Shown here piece after piece: positions 15,722-20,717 of a DNA stretch of 20,717 nucleotides; the first letter of the stretch is position 1; each line of letters starts with the position of its first letter. Both the position numbers and the translations under genes were made by a program. Under the pieces are notes generated by a model. That model made no database searches. It saw only the letters and a list, made by a program, of their open reading frames with translations, and was not told the DNA's origin. Location of the stretch: UHGV virus genome UHGV-1961940; one strand, given 5' to 3'. This DNA comes from a virus.

Positions 15722-16754
15722 ATCTGTTGAGACAATTGATACGATTTCTTCACTTACAGAGCACGAGAGACGACTCATGAATCTTGAAAAATATTATACA
15801 CCAGAAGAGTTAGAGCGCTTGCTCAAAAAATATAGACGCAAACAGAATAACGCACGGAAACGAGATATAGAGTTCGACCTGTCATGGGAAGAATACCTCC
15901 TATTTGGTAAAAAACTTTTAGGAGATGGAGTATGCGACTATACCCTTATACCTTTTGACATGCACACAGATGAAAACGGGCTGGGGAATCCTTTCTACCC
16001 ATCCCTGGAGCGGATAGATGATGAAGGTCCTTATGCGGTTGATAACTGTTGTGTGGTGGGATTGAGATGCAACTCTCTAAAGGACTGTCTGGTAGATAAA
16101 AAGACTGCAGTCTTGATTAAAGACGAAACTGATCGAAAAATTGTCCAGCAGATGATGCTCCACCTGAGCGAAGAGCGTATGGAGAAATTGAAAGGTGATT
16201 ATACTTTTGAAGATTTCATCTTGCAATATGGAACGGAAGAGGATAAACTAGCACTCTTTGACGAAGAAGAGGAGGAAGATATGCTACCGATGTCTAAAGT
16301 TACTTATCGTGCACCCAAGAAGCACATTTCCGACATTGTAAACGAGCCTATCACAGAAGAGATTGAAGAAATGACGCAACAGGTGCATGAAGAGGAAAAA
16401 GAGACTCAGGAGGTCGAAGAGGAGCTTACAGAAGAGGTTCCTGCACTACCTGATGATGTTGAGATTGCCAAAGCTTACACTTTCTATTGTCAAACGTTCT
16501 ACGATGTAGGTATGAAAGTTGATCTGTCGTTCAGCCAATTTAAGAGTTCGTATATTCGCAAATGCTGTGCTTTAACTGGTGAACGTCTTGGAGCTGGACT
16601 TAAACCCCTGTTGGTGACCGACTGGAATAAAGGTTTCACTAAAGGAAACTTTATGGTAGTATCTCCAATTATGAAGAAAGCTATGACAGATCTTATGAAG
16701 ACCACCCGCATGACAATGACCGAGTTGGCAGGTATTTTCAAACACGTTAAATAA
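15711..16754 (+). CDS. Hypothetical protein (347 aa by track): basic/Cys N-terminal domain with possible degenerate HNH/His-Me-finger-like motif, acidic linker, distinct C-terminal domain; start uncertain
   Basis: 'YRRKQNNARKRDIEFDLSWEEY...CDYTLIPF...PSLERIDDEGPYAVDNCCVVGLRCNSLKD' loosely resembles small phage HNH-type endonuclease domains, but with Arg where the catalytic His would be. Acidic runs 'DEEEEED', 'EEEKETQEVEEELTEE'. If the rightward promoter at 15717-45 is real, translation more likely starts at ATG 15777. An internal RBS (GGAGG) plus ATG at 16281/16290 coincides with the 29-bp repeat. Confidence 0.55.
   Translation: MMLTSVETIDTISSLTEHERRLMNLEKYYTPEELERLLKKYRRKQNNARKRDIEFDLSWEEYLLFGKKLLGDGVCDYTLIPFDMHTDENGLGNPFYPSLERIDDEGPYAVDNCCVVGLRCNSLKDCLVDKKTAVLIKDETDRKIVQQMMLHLSEERMEKLKGDYTFEDFILQYGTEEDKLALFDEEEEEDMLPMSKVTYRAPKKHISDIVNEPITEEIEEMTQQVHEEEKETQEVEEELTEEVPALPDDVEIAKAYTFYCQTFYDVGMKVDLSFSQFKSSYIRKCCALTGERLGAGLKPLLVTDWNKGFTKGNFMVVSPIMKKAMTDLMKTTRMTMTELAGIFKHVK
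16285..16313. repeat. Right copy of the perfect 29-bp inverted repeat (see 14423-14451)
   Basis: 'taccgATGtctaaagttacttatcgtgca' read directly; in frame it encodes (L)PMSKVTYRA inside the 347-aa ORF. Confidence 0.9.
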
Positions 16755-16759
16755 TGACA

Positions 16760-16774
16760 GGGGCCAATGGCCCC
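16760..16774 (+). other. Palindromic hairpin GGGGCCA-a-TGGCCCC between the 347-aa gene stop and the VWA gene
   Basis: Perfect 7-nt arms read directly, followed by a T-rich 'ttctggagtttta'. It contains the ATG at 16767, suggesting the real start of the next gene is ATG 16788. Confidence 0.3.
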
Positions 16775-18248
16775 TTCTGGAGTTTTAATGGATAGCAGAA
16801 GTTCAGAAATCATTGCCTCGCAGAAAGATGATGCCCTGAGAATGTTGCAGGCTGCACGTATGTATCTCCTTGAAAAGCTGCCGTTTTATGGCACACTACT
16901 GTCAGGGTTGCAGTTCGTAGAAAACCACACATGGTGCTCCACCATGGCAACCGACCATAAACGCATCTATTACAGTCCTGAGTTCATTATGGGATTGGCT
17001 GATGAACGCAAGGCTATTCTTAAGGCTTCTCTAACTGACGAGCAGTTTGAGATGGCTGAAGTTTTCTATTCTCCAAAATCTGTGAAAGAGGTGGCCTTCC
17101 TTCTGTCACATGAGGTGGGGCATATTATCTGTGATCACCTAGTCCGTGGTAAAAGCTTTGAGCCGGAACTGTTCAATATTGCTTGTGATCACGTTATCAA
17201 CACAGGCCTTGTGGTTGACTTTAGCAAACCTCCTTGTGTTTTCTTCCCGAAGGGGAAAAGCACTACGTTCATGAAAGGTAAGCCTTTTGGCTTCTTAGCC
17301 AGCTGCTACTGCGACATGAAGTTTCATGGATGGATTGCTGAGAACGTTTATGCAGTTCTTGATAAGCAAAGAGATCAGAATAACGGTAAAAGTAAGAACG
17401 GTAAAGGTGAGAACTCTCAAAGTGATAAGCGACAAACCGATGATCACATGAGTGGGAACGGTGGCACCAGTGATAATCTTGGAAAGGCTATGGGGTATGA
17501 TCAGCCACAACCTGTAATCAGCCAATCTGATAAAGATCAGGCCATGCAGGACTCTGGTGATATGCTGGAGGCAGCAATGCAAGCGTCCGGAGGCCGTTGC
17601 CCTGAGGCGGTGCGTGAGTTTGTCAAGAACAGAGGTAAGCCTGTAATCAACTATATAGACATCATTAAGCAACGTATGTTGTCTAAAAGAAAGGCCGAAC
17701 TGACCTACAGAAAACCTGGTCGCCGATCTGGGTCTTTGACCAGCACAATGCGAAAAGTTGGGGCTATAAACAAGAACCAGCACGTTATTGTTCCTGGTCG
17801 TAATCCGGAAAACACTATAGATATTGTGGTGGCTTTAGACGTTTCTGGCTCGATCTCTCAAAGAACTTTAAAGAAAATGTTCAATGAAATCACCGGATTG
17901 TGCAATCTGTATAAAGAGTTTAAGGTTACAATGTTCTGTTGGTCAACTGAGGTTGGAGAGGTTAAAGTATACACTCGCGGCAACATAGACGAGATGGTCA
18001 ACTATGAGGTCCACTCAACATGGGGCACAACAGCTGCTTGCGTGTTCGAGTATCTGGATGCCAACATACCTAATGCAAAAGATGTCATCGTCCTGACCGA
18101 CCTATACTTTGAGCATAACTTTGAACAAAAGGTTGTTGACAACAAGTGGAAAAAGTACGATACTCTATGGGTCCTCACTGAGGGGTATAATAAAAATTAT
18201 ATCCCGAGCTTTGGGAAAACTGTGGAATTAATCGAGTACGCTAAGTAA
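16767..18248 (+). CDS. VWA-domain protein with N-terminal putative HExxH metallopeptidase domain (DUF2201-like architecture); likely starts at ATG 16788
   Basis: Zinc-metallopeptidase motif 'LSHEVGHIICDHL'. VWA MIDAS motif 'VVALDVSGSIS' in the C-terminal half. GGAG 5 nt upstream of ATG 16788. Confidence 0.7.
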   Translation: MAPSGVLMDSRSSEIIASQKDDALRMLQAARMYLLEKLPFYGTLLSGLQFVENHTWCSTMATDHKRIYYSPEFIMGLADERKAILKASLTDEQFEMAEVFYSPKSVKEVAFLLSHEVGHIICDHLVRGKSFEPELFNIACDHVINTGLVVDFSKPPCVFFPKGKSTTFMKGKPFGFLASCYCDMKFHGWIAENVYAVLDKQRDQNNGKSKNGKGENSQSDKRQTDDHMSGNGGTSDNLGKAMGYDQPQPVISQSDKDQAMQDSGDMLEAAMQASGGRCPEAVREFVKNRGKPVINYIDIIKQRMLSKRKAELTYRKPGRRSGSLTSTMRKVGAINKNQHVIVPGRNPENTIDIVVALDVSGSISQRTLKKMFNEITGLCNLYKEFKVTMFCWSTEVGEVKVYTRGNIDEMVNYEVHSTWGTTAACVFEYLDANIPNAKDVIVLTDLYFEHNFEQKVVDNKWKKYDTLWVLTEGYNKNYIPSFGKTVELIEYAK

Positions 18249-18263
18249 GAGAGGAGGTTATTT

Positions 18264-18527
18264 ATGGCAACAGAGTTAAAATTTGCATCAAACCGTAAAA
18301 CTAAGAAGTATCTGTCCTCAGTAGCTCCAGGCACTGTGGTGATGTTTGTTGATGAACTTGGGGATGTGAATACAGCACTTGTTGTAAAATCACATCCTGC
18401 AAACATATATGTTGGGGTATTTGACCTGTTCAGAAAGGTGTTTGTAGAACTGCCTCACAGTTTGGTTGTTACAGAAATGGATGCCTGCATAGAAATTCTT
18501 GGCGAAGTTATGGTGGAGGAACAATAA
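18264..18527 (+). CDS. Small protein, paralog family member A (87 aa)
   Basis: RBS 'GAGGAGG' upstream. Shares 'MAT...F.S..K.KK...GTVV...VK...FDL...LP...VTE.D..I.ILGE' with the next ORF. Confidence 0.6.
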   Translation: MATELKFASNRKTKKYLSSVAPGTVVMFVDELGDVNTALVVKSHPANIYVGVFDLFRKVFVELPHSLVVTEMDACIEILGEVMVEEQ

Positions 18528-18790
18528 TGGCTACCAGCATTGTATTCAATTCTAAGGTGAAGAACAAAAAGCGTGCAGACAGTTTTCCGTGTGGGACCGT
18601 GGTAAGTTGCGACGGAGACGGCATTCAAAACATAGTTATGATTGTCAAAACAGGAGAACATTGTGTGTGGGGGTTCGATTTAGAAAATAATGAGTTGTAC
18701 GATCTGCCGCCAAACATGAAAGTTACAGAGCTTGACACCAAAATTACCATCCTTGGAGAGACAAGCTATTCAAAAGAAGGAGGAGAATAA
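18527..18790 (+). CDS. Small protein, paralog family member B (87 aa)
   Basis: Start overlaps the preceding stop; GGAGG RBS. About one third identical to member A by eye. Confidence 0.6.
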   Translation: MATSIVFNSKVKNKKRADSFPCGTVVSCDGDGIQNIVMIVKTGEHCVWGFDLENNELYDLPPNMKVTELDTKITILGETSYSKEGGE

Positions 18791-19053
18791 TGACCACAAA
18801 AATCACTATCGCAGAACCGAAAGCTAACACTCAGCCTATCGAAAAGTTTAAGTACGGTGAGGTGGTAACATTCACACCAGATAATGAAGATGCTAAGATT
18901 TTCGCAATGGTCACAGCTGAGTGGATGTGTGACAACACCACACAGGTTCTGCGTTTTGACACCTATCTTACCGATGAAATCAGGAACGACAAGATTGTGA
19001 CTGGTGTGGATACTGAGATTGTTTTCTACAAGAGCTTTTTAGAGGGTTTCTGA
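18790..19053 (+). CDS. Small protein, paralog family member C (87 aa)
   Basis: Same length and start/stop overlap; AGGAGG RBS. Shares the 'G.VV...V...FD...VT..D..I' pattern more distantly. Confidence 0.55.
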   Translation: MTTKITIAEPKANTQPIEKFKYGEVVTFTPDNEDAKIFAMVTAEWMCDNTTQVLRFDTYLTDEIRNDKIVTGVDTEIVFYKSFLEGF

Positions 19054-19054
19054 T

Positions 19055-19288
19055 ATGGCAAAAATTAGAAAATTATCTAGCAATCAGGTTGTGAAAGACT
19101 TCGAATCTGGAGAGATTCTTTATGTTCGTGATGCAGATGACGAAGGTGAAGATCTCGTTATGTTGGTGGGGCACGCTGAGGACGGATGCATCCAAGCTGT
19201 TTTTCTTGAAACAGCTATGGTGCACTGGATAGAGCTGGACCTGAAAGCACGAAAACCTAAAGCAGAAATCCTGATTTACGAAGATTAA
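19055..19288 (+). CDS. Small protein, paralog family member D (77 aa, divergent)
   Basis: Immediately follows member C; 'GEILYV...LVMLVG...AVFLET...ELD' echoes the family pattern. Confidence 0.5.
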   Translation: MAKIRKLSSNQVVKDFESGEILYVRDADDEGEDLVMLVGHAEDGCIQAVFLETAMVHWIELDLKARKPKAEILIYED

Positions 19289-19304
19289 CAAAAAGGAGAT
19301 AGCC

Positions 19305-19754
19305 GTGTTGAGCAAACGTGAATGCGACAGCATTAGCCTGAATTCTTATAAGAAACAATGGTTTGGGGTGGAAGTTTGCCGACTGCGGCTAGGCTCCTAC
19401 CTGAACTTCGTTTATTATGAGAGTGACAGTCGTATCGTTTCTTATGAAGTGTTCTACACTAAGAACACATTCGAACTGCGCCGTAAAGTAGATGGCGGGA
19501 GAACTACCACCCAGAATAATTGGGAAACTATTCTGCCTCCAGATGTTATAGGAAGTCCCCTGAATGTATCTGAAGATGAAAATCTTATGGTTCATGCTAT
19601 GATGGGACTTGACAGCTTAGAGCTGGCAATCTATGATATGTCCATCGAAGCAGTTAAGCTGGACTACATCGAAAACACTTTAGAGGAAGGTATCAAGAAG
19701 TTTCTCAGTGAGAAATTAAAAGACCACTTTCATAAGGAGCTATATCTGTTATGA
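19305..19754 (+). CDS. hypothetical protein (149 aa), GTG start
   Basis: AGGAG at ~19293-19297, 7 nt before the GTG at 19305. Confidence 0.5.
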   Translation: MLSKRECDSISLNSYKKQWFGVEVCRLRLGSYLNFVYYESDSRIVSYEVFYTKNTFELRRKVDGGRTTTQNNWETILPPDVIGSPLNVSEDENLMVHAMMGLDSLELAIYDMSIEAVKLDYIENTLEEGIKKFLSEKLKDHFHKELYLL

Positions 19755-19996
19755 AGACCCGTAAAGAACGTAACAAAATTTTACCTGGAGCTCTCGAACA
19801 CCTGATGAAGTGCAGATCTATTTGGCACTCTGCCAAGGAAGGGCAGAAGGTGGTTGTGGTTAGTGACAATACCAACCCGTTTGGAGATTATACCACCATG
19901 ATGGCCCCATATGTCCGTGATGGCGTTGTAGAAGTGGTCCCTTACAACGGTTTGCATGAACGGCACTTTGAAAGCACTTTGCTAGTGGAGCTATAG
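19751..19996 (+). CDS. hypothetical protein (81 aa)
   Basis: ATGA overlap with the upstream gene; AGGAG upstream. Confidence 0.45.
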   Translation: MKTRKERNKILPGALEHLMKCRSIWHSAKEGQKVVVVSDNTNPFGDYTTMMAPYVRDGVVEVVPYNGLHERHFESTLLVEL

Positions 19997-19998
19997 TC

Positions 19999-20565
19999 AT
20001 GGCGGTCAATGTGGCTTACAACACAGGAAAGCTTGACAGAGACATTGGGTGTCTTGTCCTTTCAGATACAGAAGAGTATTGGGGTTATGGGTTGCTGTCA
20101 GACCCACACCCGAGCAACCTTGTATCAACAGTGCTATACCGCTACGACCCTGTGCCAACGGTACACGACAAAGACATTCACGACCTTCGGATCAAGTGTC
20201 TGGAAGATCTGCTGAACAATGGTTGCAACGATCTGCGGGTAGCCAAGGAGAAGCTTACAAACATTCACAAAGAGGAAGTGATGAGTACCCTCAGTAAAAG
20301 ATCAGTGCACAAAAAGATGATGCTGAACTTTGCAATGGGTATCTACATGGATGGGTATAAGGGAGGGGATCCGATCCTCAAGCTTCGCTGCCCGACACTG
20401 TGGGAAAGAGTGGTTGACAGTAAGGACGGTACTGCCCTGCTCGAACTCCACACTGCAGGTTGGATTTGGCGGTATGTAGACGGATACCCTCTGTGGGCAT
20501 GTGGACCTGGGGAATTTGTTGACAGACCTAGCGCGGTGGTGGACTTACTATTGCAGTTTGAATAA
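19999..20565 (+). CDS. hypothetical protein (188 aa)
   Basis: Track ORF starting 3 nt after the previous stop. No motifs recognised. Confidence 0.5.
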   Translation: MAVNVAYNTGKLDRDIGCLVLSDTEEYWGYGLLSDPHPSNLVSTVLYRYDPVPTVHDKDIHDLRIKCLEDLLNNGCNDLRVAKEKLTNIHKEEVMSTLSKRSVHKKMMLNFAMGIYMDGYKGGDPILKLRCPTLWERVVDSKDGTALLELHTAGWIWRYVDGYPLWACGPGEFVDRPSAVVDLLLQFE

Positions 20566-20622
20566 AAAGGTGAGTTATAAGGTATTCATACACCTACCAA
20601 CAATACAACAGGAGAGACTAAG

Positions 20623-20717
20623 ATGACGAAAGAAGAGGCCGACGTATTAGATTTTGCACTAGAGGCTACGCAGGAGGCTTTGGTGTTAGCTTGGAAAATG
20701 AACCAGCGTGCAGTGTG
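20623..20717 (+). CDS. hypothetical protein, 5' partial (continues beyond window end)
   Basis: ATG at 20623 preceded by 'caGGAGAGactaag'; frame stays open to the window end (MTKEEADVLDFALEATQEALVLAWKMNQRAV...). Confidence 0.35.
   Translation, partial: MTKEEADVLDFALEATQEALVLAWKMNQRAV

Noticed and set aside
17295-17783. Minus-strand 162-aa ORF
   Set aside because: Antisense within the VWA/HExxH gene, whose MIDAS and HExxH motifs support the plus frame.
19073-19966. Minus-strand ORFs 19073-19333, 19389-19595 and 19781-19966
   Set aside because: Antisense to the co-directional, RBS-supported plus-strand gene string.
1-20717. CRISPR array, tRNA/rRNA genes, integrase/recombinase, reverse transcriptase (DGR)
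   Set aside because: No regularly spaced direct repeats, no cloverleaf-like conserved tRNA motifs found by eye, and no ORF with recombinase or RT motifs. The 29-bp repeat pair is inverted and occurs only twice, so it is not a CRISPR or DGR template/variable pair. tRNA absence cannot be excluded without tRNAscan.

Overview
This window reads as about 20 kb of a tailed dsDNA phage replication and host-takeover region, with a probable bacterial gene fragment at the far left. All calls are from reading motifs by eye; no database search was run. Positions ~711-15634 form one tightly packed minus-strand gene string: a T7 gp4-like primase-helicase, a beta-class DNA methyltransferase, a Dda/Pif1-like helicase, an rIIA/rIIB pair, a signal-peptide SleB-type lysin, a MoxR-like AAA+ ATPase and many small unknown ORFs. 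A divergent promoter region at ~15635-15760 starts a plus-strand string: a 347-aa protein with a possible degenerate nuclease-like N-domain, a VWA/HExxH protein, four tandem paralogous 77-87-aa ORFs and further unknowns. The most unusual signal is a perfect 29-bp inverted repeat (14423-14451 and 16285-16313) that sits on the translation starts of two divergent genes and brackets the divergent promoter, making a candidate invertible or co-regulated module. The first ~0.7 kb encodes, on the minus strand, a 5'-truncated FtsX/MacB-like permease fragment with coiled-coil repeats, which may mark a phage/host junction. No tRNA, rRNA, CRISPR array, integrase or reverse transcriptase was recognised.
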